From the human T2T-CHM13v2.0 reference genome, Homo sapiens: 64,000 bases of DNA. Positions 12,267 through 26,103 of the stretch are shown here, piece after piece. The position numbers and the translations under genes were made by a program. The stretch lies in NCBI RefSeq assembly GCF_009914755.1, contig NC_060948.1; one strand, written 5' to 3'. The notes under the pieces are model-generated. The model worked only from the letters and a program-made list of their open reading frames with translations. It made no database searches and was not told the DNA's origin. Each line of letters starts with the position of its first letter. Position 1 is the stretch's first letter.

Positions 12267-13910
12267 ACTGATTTTAAAAGAAGGCTTTCCTGGGAATGAT
12301 GCAGCCCAATAGAAATGGCAACTACCATTAAAAGCAAAAAGCTAGATTGAAATATTATCAGAATAAGTTGCCACATCACTCATTATTCACTAAAACACTT
12401 CTATTCAAAAGGCCCAATTTTTGTAGATTCCTGAAGTAGGACTTGACACCAGGTATCACAAATTTACAAACTTACCACTTCAGCGTTTTAAAACTTTCTT
12501 ACCAGGATCCCTGGTCTTCTGGGTGCCATGGAAACTCCAACTAGAAAAGAAAATGAAATTCCCTTCGGCTGGAAACTGTTCGTGTCATTCCTGAGCCCCC
12601 CTAGGTGTCTGTTGTAGATTATATAAGCTGCAGTTCGCAAATGCACTTTGCATTTGTTCCACAAACCCTGTTGAATGCTTGTTTTGTAGGAGGTTCCACA
12701 TGCTGGGCAAAGAAGAATGAATAAAACACAGTCTCTGCCCTGGAAGAATTTACAAAGAAATAGTGGTACTACAGGTGCTGTGGAACAGCACAGAGTGTGT
12801 AAATGTTAGCTTAATGGTATCTTTCTAACATCAAACTTTTTTATTTCTTCTGTTTTCACACTCTCATTGCAAAAAACTCAAACAATTCAGAAAAGAATAA
12901 AGAAGAAAATTTAAAACTCTTTGAAATCCTACCATCAAGTAATAAGCATTGCTAACATTTGATGAACATCTTTCTTAAGCATTCATGTACTAAAAAAATG
13001 AGAATTACACCCTAAACGCTATTTTTATAAACTCAGTGCTATTTTTCAACATTCCTTTTCCTAATCAGGAGCATGTAGTAGATCTCATGAGATGCTGCAT
13101 CTTTTTCTTAATGTGATGTCAGCTATTATCATTTATATGCATTGGCCTGTCATAAAAGTCTGCAGAATCTAACTAAAGCCACCTAGGTTCATTCACCTCT
13201 ACCTTATCTTGCAGGTGCTGCCTCTTGTCCCAGTGTGGAAGGAACCCTGACCTTGCAATTGAAAGGCCTTGCTTCTGGTGCTGACCACGTTCTGACCCTC
13301 AGCCATCCCTTAAACCTCCCTAAGTTCCAATGTTCTCTTCTGTAAAACGAGGGTTGTAAATATTTGCCCTGCCTGCCTTCTTCCCACTGGCTATTCCCTC
13401 TGCCAAAAACTGGGCTACTTGACCTCCAGGAAGCTTGCATATGTGTCACTCTTTATTCTCCTTATCATCTTTCTCCTTCACTAGAACATAAAGCACTACA
13501 AGGGCAAACATTTTTGTATGCTTTGTTTCCCGATATTTCTGTCTAGAACAATGTCTAGTGTAGTAGATGACAAACAAATGCTTGCTGAATTAATTGGACA
13601 GAGCTGAACAGAGAATGGGAGGTGGGAAGACTGCCTCGCCACACAACTCTGGGGGAATCCTTCACATTGTAGTCCATGTGATGGCATCTCCTGGAAGTGT
13701 GCAACTGCACAGGCTTCACAGCTGTGCGGCAACCCCAACAACAACCGTGGAAGTACTCTGTCAAAGAGTATGAATTATTAAATAAAAATATTTTTTCTAG
13801 TAATGAAAAAATGTGAAAACAAATAAAGGAAAAAAATCATCTCAAATTCTTCAACCTAGTGATAATATCTTCGTTAGTATTTGCTGAACATCCTTCTAGA
13901 CACTTCTCTA

Positions 13911-13913
<3 letters not shown>

Positions 13914-13959
<46 letters not shown>
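13914..13959. repeat. (AT)n microsatellite
   Basis: About 23 AT units. Confidence 0.95.
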
Positions 13960-13961
<2 letters not shown>

Positions 13962-14090
13962 ATCTTCATTTTGCATAAGTGACATCATACCATAAATGCT
14001 ATACTAGTATCTGCTTTTGTTTTTGCCCAATAGTATATTATAATCAGCTCTCTTTGTCAGTAAATACAAATCCATATCATCTCTGTAAAC

Positions 14091-14326
14091 CAGGGGTCTG
14101 CAAATTAAGGCTCATAAGCCAATTCCACCTGGGTTTTGTGTTTTTTTTTTTTTTGGTAAATTAACAAAGTTTTATTGGAACATGAATGTGCTGATTCCTT
14201 TATGTACTATCTATGCCCATTGCTGTGCTACAATAGCAGAATCGATTATTTCTGACAGACACCATATGGCCCACAAATCTACAATACTTACTATCTATTC
14301 TTTTCCAGAAAAGTTTACCAGCCCTG
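14091..14326 (+). mobile_element. MER58A-like hAT element
   Basis: caggggtctgcaaa...aaagttttattggaaca...aaagtttaccagccctg, with imperfect TIRs. Confidence 0.75.
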
Positions 14327-15164
14327 CTTCGTAGCTGAGTATTAAATGGTATGAAAATACTCTATTTGAATTATTCCTCTATCAGAACATATTTACCTTG
14401 TTCCAATTTTTGTTGATAAATACGTCGTATACACATCTTTCAACTCATATCCAGTACATCACCTTGAGATAACTTCCTAGAAGTGGATTGGCTGGGCCAG
14501 ACATGAACTCTATAAAGGTTCTTGATACACATGATTAAAATGCCCATGGCATGGAACCCTCATCTATTTCTGTGCTTTTGTATTTTCTGTGTGTATTTCA
14601 GTTTTGTTTAGTTGGCTCAAGTAAAATTAGTTCCTTTTGAAAACGTTCAGCTTGTATGAACTCAACTAAGGGTACCAGGAATTTCCATCCGCAACCCAGC
14701 CAGGAGTTTGCCAGAGGCCAGGAGAGCTCCTGTCCAGGCAGCTCCAAAGAGGCCAGGGGTCTGGTGAGGAATGGAGAAGAGCACGACTGAAAACTTAGAA
14801 GAGAGCAGCCAGGGACTGATGCCAGATCCGTTGACCCTGTCAAAAGATCTGAACTCTGCCCCACATTTGTCCTTTTGACCCCATCGAGTTAACCAGGAGT
14901 TTAGCCATCCATGCTCCACACAACTGTAGCTTTTCTTCTTCTTCTGTGCACCTATAACTCTGTCTCATTAGATTGCTCTGAAGTTTGTTATTGATTATCT
15001 AGGAAATAAATACAACCAACTTTTTGCCTATTTCCCAATTGTTACGGCTGGTAGAAATAATCAGCATAAAATAAAACTGACAACAGATGATACCACACAT
15101 GGCAACAATGCTATTGGTTAAAAATGGAAAGAAGGCTCGCATCCTTTTGATAAAATGCATTCAA

Positions 15165-15520
15165 ATTTTATTTTTTGTTTTTGTTTTTATTTTTTATTTC
15201 GATAGCTTTAGGGGTGCACGTGGTTTTTTGTTACATGGATGAATTGTATAGTGGTGAAGTCTGAAATTTTAGTGCACCCATCACCTGAGTAGTGTATATC
15301 GTACCCAATATGCAGCTTTTAGCCCTCATGCCTCACCCACCTTCTCCCCCTTTTGATTCTCTGATGTCCATTGTATAACTCTGAATGTCTTTGTGTCCTT
15401 ATAGCTTAGCTCTCACTTATAACTGAGAACACATGGTTTCTGCATCTCCATTCTTAAGTTACTTCATTTGGAATAATGGCCTCCAGTTACACCCAAGTTG
15501 CTGCAAAAGACATTTTCTTT
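15165..15520 (-). mobile_element. L1 3' end fragment (L1PB/MA-like)
   Basis: T-rich tail, then ttacatggatgaattgtatagtggtgaagtctga...agctctcacttataactgagaac. Confidence 0.8.
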
Positions 15521-16923
15521 ACATTTAGACTTGCAAAATTTGATGTCAGAGAGATTTGGATTTGGAAAACAAAAGCAAAAATTGCAGTGGTTGAAACTAA
15601 ATAAGGAAAAATTAATGTGATACAAAAAAACTGATCAATGAATCTAATTTGTGTAAAAACAATGAAAATAAGGAAAGAATTGCAGTGAAAAGAAAGTTCA
15701 GTGAAATAAAATTAAACACAGCAAACATGGAAACTGGCTTTGCTGCATGGTACAGAATACAATCAAGGGATTAAATTGGCTTGAGATTGTGCTGGAAAAT
15801 ATTTTCTTGATGGAAAGCCACCTATGTTGGGGATGAAATTTCTTTAAACCGACAGCTAGACAAATAACTTTCTACTCATTATTGGACTTCTATAGTCAAT
15901 TTTTCACAAGAATGTTGGAGTCTCTGAAATCACTAAAGCCCCAGTAAAAAGGAAAATGGAATCTCCTATCAGTTGCTGTATGTAGAACCTCTTTTGTAAG
16001 CAAGTGGCAGCCAATGTTAACACTTCTCACACTGACCTTAACAATTCTTAGAATATTAAAAAAATTCTGCACAGAAATTAAGTATTATGTACTTATTTCT
16101 AACAATTCCAAGGAGGTAAACATTATTGTACAATTTCAAAGTCTTTTTTATAGTGTACATTTAATAGCAAATAAGAGAATATTTTACAATTTGATTACAT
16201 AATTTTACTTGTGAGTTTTGTAGGGTTTATGGGCCATATTATTTTTTACCCATCTACTATACTTATTTAATAGGCTTCTGGAGAGGATTTTATAATGTTA
16301 CACTAGTTAGTCTTATTTTTATTAGAATATGCTTTTTACTGAAGATTTCCTATATCAAAGAAACAAAGGAGAAAAATAAAATACAAAAATTAGAAATCAG
16401 CCATAGCCTCTATGGAGTGCAGTCACCAAAGTGCCAATTCCAGAGGCAAAGTATTTTTGTTTTATTTATATTGTTATGGCTCATGTGGTGACTTCATTTA
16501 AAGACACTGTTCCCAAAGCTGAATTATGTATGAAAGCAAATACGGGAGACAGGAAGCAGGGAAGGAAAAGAGTAAAATCAAGAAAGCAACATCTCAAATA
16601 CCATGAATGATCCCGTTACTTTTTCCCCCTCATCAAGATCGACTCAAGGCCTGGGCTGCACAATACTGAGAAAGACCAATTAAAAACTAAATTGTCTGAA
16701 ATGACTGTGGTCACACAGGTGAAATTTTGTTTTCTTAAGAGAAAAAAGAAATTTGTCAGCTTCTTGAGGGCAGAAAAATATTGTTGTAGATCTCTATGTT
16801 GCCAACACTTAGTATAGAGCTAGTATAGTTATTTTTGAATAAATGAATGGGTAAGAAAAAAATAACGCACAAATGAAAATATGTCATTATTTAAATACTT
16901 GGGACTTGTCGGTCTAGTCTTGC

Positions 16924-18176
<1,253 letters not shown>

Positions 18177-18659
18177 GCCTTAACTTTAAGAGAATATTGG
18201 GGAGAAAATAAAACAACAAAATAATTTTTTAAAGAGTGACTATGAAGGATCATGGATGATTTTTATTTTCTTCTTTAAGCTACTCTTTATTTTTGGATCT
18301 TTTTCCATCATGAATTATGTGCATAATTTTAAAAGACAGTGTTATTTTATTTATTTACCTATTCTACTCCTCTCATCCTCTCCAATTTTGCCCTCTCATT
18401 CATTTTGGTTCAGATAAGCCATTATCTGACATTCGTTCATCCAAAGCTGATTAACCATCCTTTTATGCAAAGGACTGTCTTAGGAATTGAAGGTGCAAAA
18501 AAGAACAAACAAATCTGCTCCAGGCAATCAAAGGCATAGGAGACAAAGATGTACACATTTATTTTTAAAAGAACCTCCAAATATTATAGTAGCACAAAGA
18601 TGACAAGAGATAAGAATATGTTAATTTATTCTTGTGTGTTTCCAGAAAATGCGTGGAAA

Positions 18660-19220
18660 TTTCTTTAAAAACTTAAAATGCACCTAACATAGGACCTTGC
18701 TGTTCAATTCCTGGGTCTTTGCCCAAAAGAAATAAAAGCATACATCTACACAAAGACTTACACACTAATGTTAGTAGCACCTTTGTTTGCAATAGCCCCA
18801 AACGTGAAATAGCCCAAATGACCATCAGTATAAGAACGGATACACAAATTGTGTAAAATCTTTATTATGAAATACTACTCAGCAATAAAAAGGAAGAAAC
18901 TATTGATACATGCAACAACACAGACGAATCTAAAAATCATTATGAGAAATGAGAGAATTCACAGACTAAAGGGTATATACTGTATGATTCCATTTATATA
19001 AACTTCTAGAAAGCTTGAAGTAATTCATAGTGACAGAAAACAGATTATTAGTTGAGGGTGGGTTGGGGAATGAATTACAATGAGATGATGGGAATGTTTC
19101 TTATCTTCACTGTTGTGATGGTTTCACAGTTGTATACATATGTCAAAACTCAGCAAGGTGTACAATTTTAATATGTGCAGTTTATGTACAGTAATTATAT
19201 TGCAATGAACCTGTTAAAAT
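18660..19220 (+). mobile_element. Old L1 (L1MC/ME-like) 3' fragment
   Basis: tacacaaagactt...gaaatactactcagcaataaaaagg...tgtcaaaactca. Confidence 0.75.
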
Positions 19221-19569
19221 TAAAAGGAGGAAGGAAAAAATAGTGAAACCAACAAGGCTGTGAATGGGCCTGAATGAGACCCATGGCATCCAGTTGGTAT
19301 CCTTGCTAACAACAAGGAACCATCTTGTGGGTCTGGACTAGGGAGAAGAATCTGGTGACTTCCTCAACTTTAGAGTCTGTTACTAATAGGAGAAGCAGCC
19401 AGTGGAGAGGAGGACACTTGGGATGGGGCTTTGAACCTTGGGTTCAAAGAAGAACTTGGGTTCTTCTTTGAACCTTGAGAAGAACCTGCATGGATGACAG
19501 ACATATCAAGAAAACATGGGGCAGAGTCCCAGCACTTCCTTGTCTCACTGATTGTTTGGATTAAGCTAA

Positions 19570-21545
19570 AGTGATTTCAATCACTATTCAACAAACAAAA
19601 AGGTACCAAGACCTTTCAGTGGGGGAAAGAATTGTCTTTAATGATGCTGGGACAACTGAATATCCAAATGCAAAAGAAGAAAGTCGAGACCCTACTTCAT
19701 ACTATATAAAATGTTAACTCAAGATGAATCAATAACCTAAATATAAAAGCTAAAACTGTACCCCTTCGAAGAAAACACAGGTGTAAATCTTCTTCAAAGT
19801 GGATTCAGCAATAGATTATTACATATGACACCAAAAGCATGAAAAACAAAAATAGATAAATTATATTTTGTCAAAATTTTAAAATTTTATGCATCAAAGG
19901 AAGGACATTACCAAGAAAGTAAAAATCCAGCCTACAAAATGGGTGAAAATAATTGTGAATCATATTTTAATAAAGATCTAGTATTGAGAACATACATATA
20001 AACAACTTTTAACAACTCAACTACAAAAAACCTAACAATCCAATTTAAAAAGGAGCAAAGGACTGAATAGATATTTCTATAAAGAATATATACAAATGGC
20101 AAACAAACATGTTTTACAAATGTTCAATACCATTAGTCAGTAGGGAAATGCAAATAAAGGCCACAATAAAGTATCACTTCACAGCCTCTAGGATAGCTAT
20201 ACTTTTTTTAAATGGAAAATTAACAAGTGCTGGTGAGAAATCAGAACTTGTACATTGCTGGTTATAACGTAATATGGTTCAGCTGCTGTGGAAAACAGTT
20301 TGGCAATCTCTCAAATGATTAAACACACAATTACCATACGACCCTTAAGTTCATTGCTGTGTATACACCCCAGAGAATTAAAAATCGGAACTCAACAAAA
20401 AATAACAGATGCTAGTGAGGTTGCAGAGAAAAGGGAACCCTTATACACCATTGGTGGAGTGTAAATTCATTCAACCCTTATGAAAAGCGGTACGGCAATC
20501 CCTCAAACAGCTAAAAGCAGAACTGCCATTCGACCCAACAATCCAATTACTGGGAATATACCCAGAGGAATATAAATCATTCTGCCTTAAAGACAAATGC
20601 ACACAAATGTTCATTGCAGCACTATTCACAATAGCAAAAACAAGGAATCAACCTAAATGCCCATCAATGACAAATTGGATAAAGCAAATGTGGTACGTAT
20701 ACACTATCAAATACTACGTAGCCATACAGAAAGAACAAGATCATGTCTTTTGCAGGAAGTGGATGGAGCTGGAGGCCATTATCCTCAGCAAACTAGTGCA
20801 GGAACAGAAAACCAAATACTGCATGTTCTCACTTATAAGTGGGAGCTAAATGATGAGAACTTGTGAATACAAAGAAGGAAACAACAGGCACTGAGGCGCA
20901 CTTCAGGCAGGAGGGTGGGAGGAGAGAGAGGAGCAGAAAAGGTAACTGTTGGGTACTGGGTTTAATTCCTGGGTGATGAAATAATCTGTACAACAAACAC
21001 TCCCATGACATGAGTTTATCTGTGTAACACGCCTTCACATGTACCCCCAAACCTAAAATAAAAGTATTAAAAAAGAAGAAAATAGGGACTCATAAATAAG
21101 TACATGTGCACACATGTTCATAGCAGCACTATTTACAATAATCAAAAGGTAGAAACAGCCCAAAAGTCCAGCAGGGGGAATGGATAAACATAATGTGGTA
21201 TATTCACGGAACGGAATATTATTCAACCATGAAAAGGAATGAAGTATTGGATACCTGCTGCAATGTATGCTAAGTGAAGAAAACATGCTAAGTGAAAGCA
21301 GATAAAACATCACATACTGCATGATTCAATTTATACGAAATATCCAGAAAAGGTAAGAGTGCACCTAGGTGGTTTCCAGCGATTGCAGTTGCAGAGGGAT
21401 GGGGGAAAACGGCTTAAAGGTATTTTTACTTCGGCATGATGAAAACATTTTAGAACTAAGATAGAGGTGCTGTTTGTAAGACATTATGAATCTACTTAGT
21501 GCTACTTTAAAATGGTTAATTTCATTATTTTAATTTCACCTCAAC
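19570..21545 (+). mobile_element. Old L1MB-like 3' fragment with nested younger L1 3' end (~20395-21080)
   Basis: ORF 20607 MFIAALFTIAK...LSKLVQEQKTKYCMFSLISGS; imperfect TSD aaaatcggaactca/aaaatagggactca. Confidence 0.8.
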
Positions 21546-23130
21546 AAATTATTTTTTTAAAAGATTCTCCATATTCTAAACAAATCAGATCTGTTCTGTG
21601 TAAACCACTGCCTTCTAAGAAAAGGGCATGGAGTGAGATGGGATTGAAGTTTAAGTGACAGAGGAATTTAGGGTGGTAAACTGGGGGGCTCTGCAGTCAG
21701 ACCCCTGACTCTGTAGCTAACTAGCTCTGTGACATTAGGTAAGATATTTTATAGTGTAAGTATTTGTGTTCCCATATATAAAAAATAAGAACAATATATA
21801 ACTTCACTAGGGTGTTGTAAGGATTAAATGAGGGGAGTTACTTAATGCAATTTTGTACAGAGCCTGCTGACACATGGTAAATTTTAGCTCAACCTATTCT
21901 AACTGAATTTTTTTCTCCCTCCAATTTTAAGTTGTCCATTTCGCATTATAGTCCTAGTTATAGCTTTCATAAAGCCCAGTCAAAAATATTTCTGTCTCTT
22001 GGATTAATTAAGAGCAAGGCTGACTAGAAGCCCCTAGAGCTTGTCTCCATCACAGATGCCAGAAAGACTAAAAAAACACTACGTTTTAATGAGAGTAACT
22101 GAAGGAGAGTTCCAGAGAAACTCAGAGGAATAGCAGGAACCCTGATGAGCACAGAAACAGAACAGCCACAAAGAGAATGGAAGGAAATGCCAGGCCTTCA
22201 CCACTCCATCCCCAAATTGAGATAAGCTAGGAACAAAGAGGAACTTCTTCATACAGTGAGGAGGTAAGCAAGAGAACACCAGCAACCCCGATCAACACCT
22301 TGGACATCCACAGACCTCACCATGGCAGAGGTGCCCTACGGTCCTCACAGGCACTACCTAAGCCCACCTGAAGGAGCTGTCTAGAGTTCACAAAGCTGTG
22401 CTCCCTTCAGAGAAGTAGCTAACACTATGTTCTCCTCTGTGGCCCACATGTCTACTGTGCTATACCATCTTGCAGCTAGACCTACGGCTGGAGTGTGTCG
22501 TGCTCAGGGTTCAAGTAGGCACAGGTCCCCTTCATCCCTGAGGCTAAACTGCCACCAAAACACCCCCAGCCTAGTGACTGAACATCCCCAAGGTGAGCTA
22601 TAAGCATCTCTTACACACTTCTCCTGGGGCCAAGTGGAGGTGGAGCTGATCCACCTACTCTTCCCCTAACTCCTCAGGCCAGATCTGAAACAGTACCCTG
22701 CCTCCAAGAAAACAATACCTTAGTCACTTTGAGCAGTCATGCCTCCCTGTGCCTAAGTTTTAGCAGTGCCCTGTATCCCAGAAAATGGTCTCTGGGCCAC
22801 CTGGGGAATCAGTGCCCTGGCCAAGCTGAGCTAAACTGCTGTAGTACCTTGCATCACAGAGAGGCAAAACCGTGGCTGAACTGAGACAGTCTGCCCTACA
22901 GGCCAAACAACTCTAGTATCCTAATTCCCTGGAGAGCTGGACTAGCCACCAAGAGCGGGAGCTGCTGAGACACCCCTCTCCCTGGAAAGTAAAATCATCA
23001 CAGTGCTGTTTCCTGCCTAACAGGGCCCAAAGGACAGCTGTGCTCCACTATTCAGGGTACTTGCTACTGCTACACCTGGCCTCACAGAATCTGGAATACT
23101 GCTGACTCCACCATCACAAGGTCTAGAGTC

Positions 23131-23208
23131 ACTACTACTGCCACTACAACAACTATTACTACTACAACTACAACAACTACAACAACTACTACTACTACTA
23201 CAGCTACA

Positions 23209-23243
<35 letters not shown>

Positions 23244-23259
23244 CACTACTACTACTACA
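23131..23259. repeat. (ACT/ACA)n trinucleotide repeat
   Basis: About 43 mixed triplets. Confidence 0.95.
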
Positions 23260-24898
23260 ATGGGACCCACATTGCCACTGATACCTATTGGCTTGGGTTC
23301 CTGAATTGCAGCACTACCCTGCTCCCTAGGCCCAAACATCCAGAGCACCCCTTCTTCTCCAGAGTTGGTCCAGTGCTGCTCCCTGGCCACTAGGGATAGA
23401 ATCACAGCTACAACCCAAATCCCTGTAACCAAGCTGCTAGGGGGTACCTCAGAGTCACAGATCCTGGCTCTTTGGGCAACCTGCATTCAACCTCACCACA
23501 GAGAATAAACAGGCACCCCAAGACCCAAGTGCCACACATAGTTCATGAAACCTTGAGCCTAGGACCCTAGCACCATAGCCATTTGGAGCACCTAAACCTG
23601 GAACCCAGCACTGCTATAGCTACTTATAGGCCATGTCAGACCTGAATCCAGAAAGGATACTCTTGTCTAAATCTCCCCAGTGTGTGGAAAATGAGAATGA
23701 AGAAAACCCCCAAAGCCTTTGATATGGAGGTTATTAACAACTTATGCCATCATCACTACCACAAACTTGTATGGCCTAGGCAACTGAGGTACTCACAGCT
23801 ACTGCTGATATTGAATGCAGCCAAAGAAGCTGAATGAGGCCATACCACTTCAACTATCTTGAAAAAGAGTCACTGCACCCTTCTCAACTGGCACACTAAA
23901 ACTCAGATGCACGTGAAAGTCTTTCTCTACAAAAGCAAGAGAAAAGCATCAAGTCACATATAAGGGCATCTCCATTAGACTAGTAGTGGATTTCTCTGCA
24001 GAAGTCTTACAGGCCAGGAGAAAATGAGATGATATAATTCAACGTGCTAAAAAAAAAAAAAAAAAAAAAAGAAAGTTCAGTCAAGAATGCTATTCCCAGC
24101 AAAGCAATCCTTCATAAATGAGGGAGAAATAAAGTCTGCCTAAAGCAAGCAAAAACTGAGGGAGTCCATCAGTGCTAGACTGGCCTTACAAGAAATGGTT
24201 AAGGAAGTCCTACATCTGGAAGTAAAAAGATGATGATCACTATTACAGAGACATATACAAGTATAAAGATCACTGGTAGAGCAGATATACAACAAAAGGA
24301 ATAATAATCAAATCGTATCACTATAGAAATGACCAAACTGCAACGATAAACAATAAGGCAGAAATAAATGAACAAAGGATATACAAAACAACAAGAAAAT
24401 AATTAACAAAATGACAGGAGTAAGTCCTCACCTATCAGTAATACCTTGAATGTAAACAGATTAAATTCCTCACATAAAAGACTTAGGCTAGCAGAATGGA
24501 TTGAAAAAAAAAAAAAAAAATTACCCAACTGGATGCTGCCTACAAGTAACTGACTTCACCTGTAAAGACACTTGTGTGATTACATAGACTGAAAGTGAAG
24601 GAACAGAAAAAGATATTCCATGTGAACCAAAACCAAAAGTGAATTAGAGTAGCTATACATATCAAATGAAACAGACTTCAAGTCAAAAACTGTAAAAAGA
24701 GACCAAAAAGGTCATTATGTAATGATAAAGGGTCCAATTGAGCCAGAGGATATAACAATTGTGAATATATATTCACCCAACATCAGAGCACCCAGATATA
24801 TAAAAACCAAATATTATTAAATCTAAAGGGTGAGATAGACTTCAATATAGTAATAGTTGGGGACTTCCAACACTCACTCTCTGCATTAGACAGATATC

Positions 24899-24932
<34 letters not shown>

Positions 24933-25788
24933 CAGAAACCAACAAAGAAACATTTAACAGGAAATGAATCTGAGACCAGACAGACCTAACAGACATTTCT
25001 AGAACATTTCATCCAATAGCTGCAGAATACACATGCTTTTCATCAGTAAATTCTGCACATGGACTGTTCTTGGGGACAGACCACATGTTCATCCACACAA
25101 TTAAGTTTCAACAAATTTAAATGAACTGAAATCATGGTAAGTATCTTCTCTTAATCACAATGGAATAAAACTAGAAATCGATAACAAGAGTAACTTTTGA
25201 AATTACACAAATACATGGAAATTAAACAACATGCTCCTGAATGAGAAGTCAAATGAAAAAATTAAAACGATAATTTAAAAATTTCTGGAAACAAATGAAA
25301 ACAGCAACATTTGAAAACCTATGCGATACAACAAAGCCATTTTAAGAGGAAAACTTACAGCAATAAATACCTGTATCCGAAAAGTGGAAATAAAATTAAA
25401 AACCTAACGATGCATATCAAGGAACTAGAAAAGTAAGAGCAAACCATGACCAAAATTAGTAGAAGAAAAACATAATGAAGATCAGAGCAGAAATAAAATG
25501 GGGACTATAAAAATACAGAAGATCAACAAAAGAAAAAGTTGGTTTTGTGAAAAGGTAAACAAAATTTGCAAACGGTTAGCTACACAAACCAAGAATAAAA
25601 GAGAAAAAGACTCAAATAAATAAAATCAGAAATGAAATAGGAGACTACCAGAGAAATATAAAGGATCATTACAGACTATTCTGAACAACTATACACCAAA
25701 AAATCAGAGAACCTAGCAGAAAGAAATAGACAAATTCCTGGACACATAAAACCTACCAAGATTGAACCAGTAAGAAATAGAAAACACG

Positions 25789-26069
25789 GGCCGGGCACGG
25801 TGGCTCACAGCTGTAATCCCAGCACTTTGAGAGGCAGAGGCGGGCGGATAATGAGGTCAGGAGATGGAGACCATCCTGGCTAACACGGTGAAACCCCATC
25901 TCTACTAAAAATACAAAAAAGTTAGCTGGGCATCATGACAGGTGCCCGTAGTCCCAGCTACTCAGGAGTCTGAGGCAGGAGACTGGCATGAACCCGGAAG
26001 GAGGAGTTTGCAGTGAGCCGAGATTGCACCACTGCACTCCAGCCTGGGTGACAGAGAGAGACTCCCTCT

Positions 26070-26101
<32 letters not shown>
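25789..26101 (+). mobile_element. AluY inserted into L1 ORF2
   Basis: Long poly-A; TSD aagaaatagaaaac on both sides; AluY-type ccatcctggctaacacggtg. Confidence 0.93.

Positions 26102-26103
<2 letters not shown>

Noticed and set aside
23082-23486. 134-aa poly-Val ORF
   Set aside because: Artefact of the ACT/ACA triplet repeat in an L1 5'UTR
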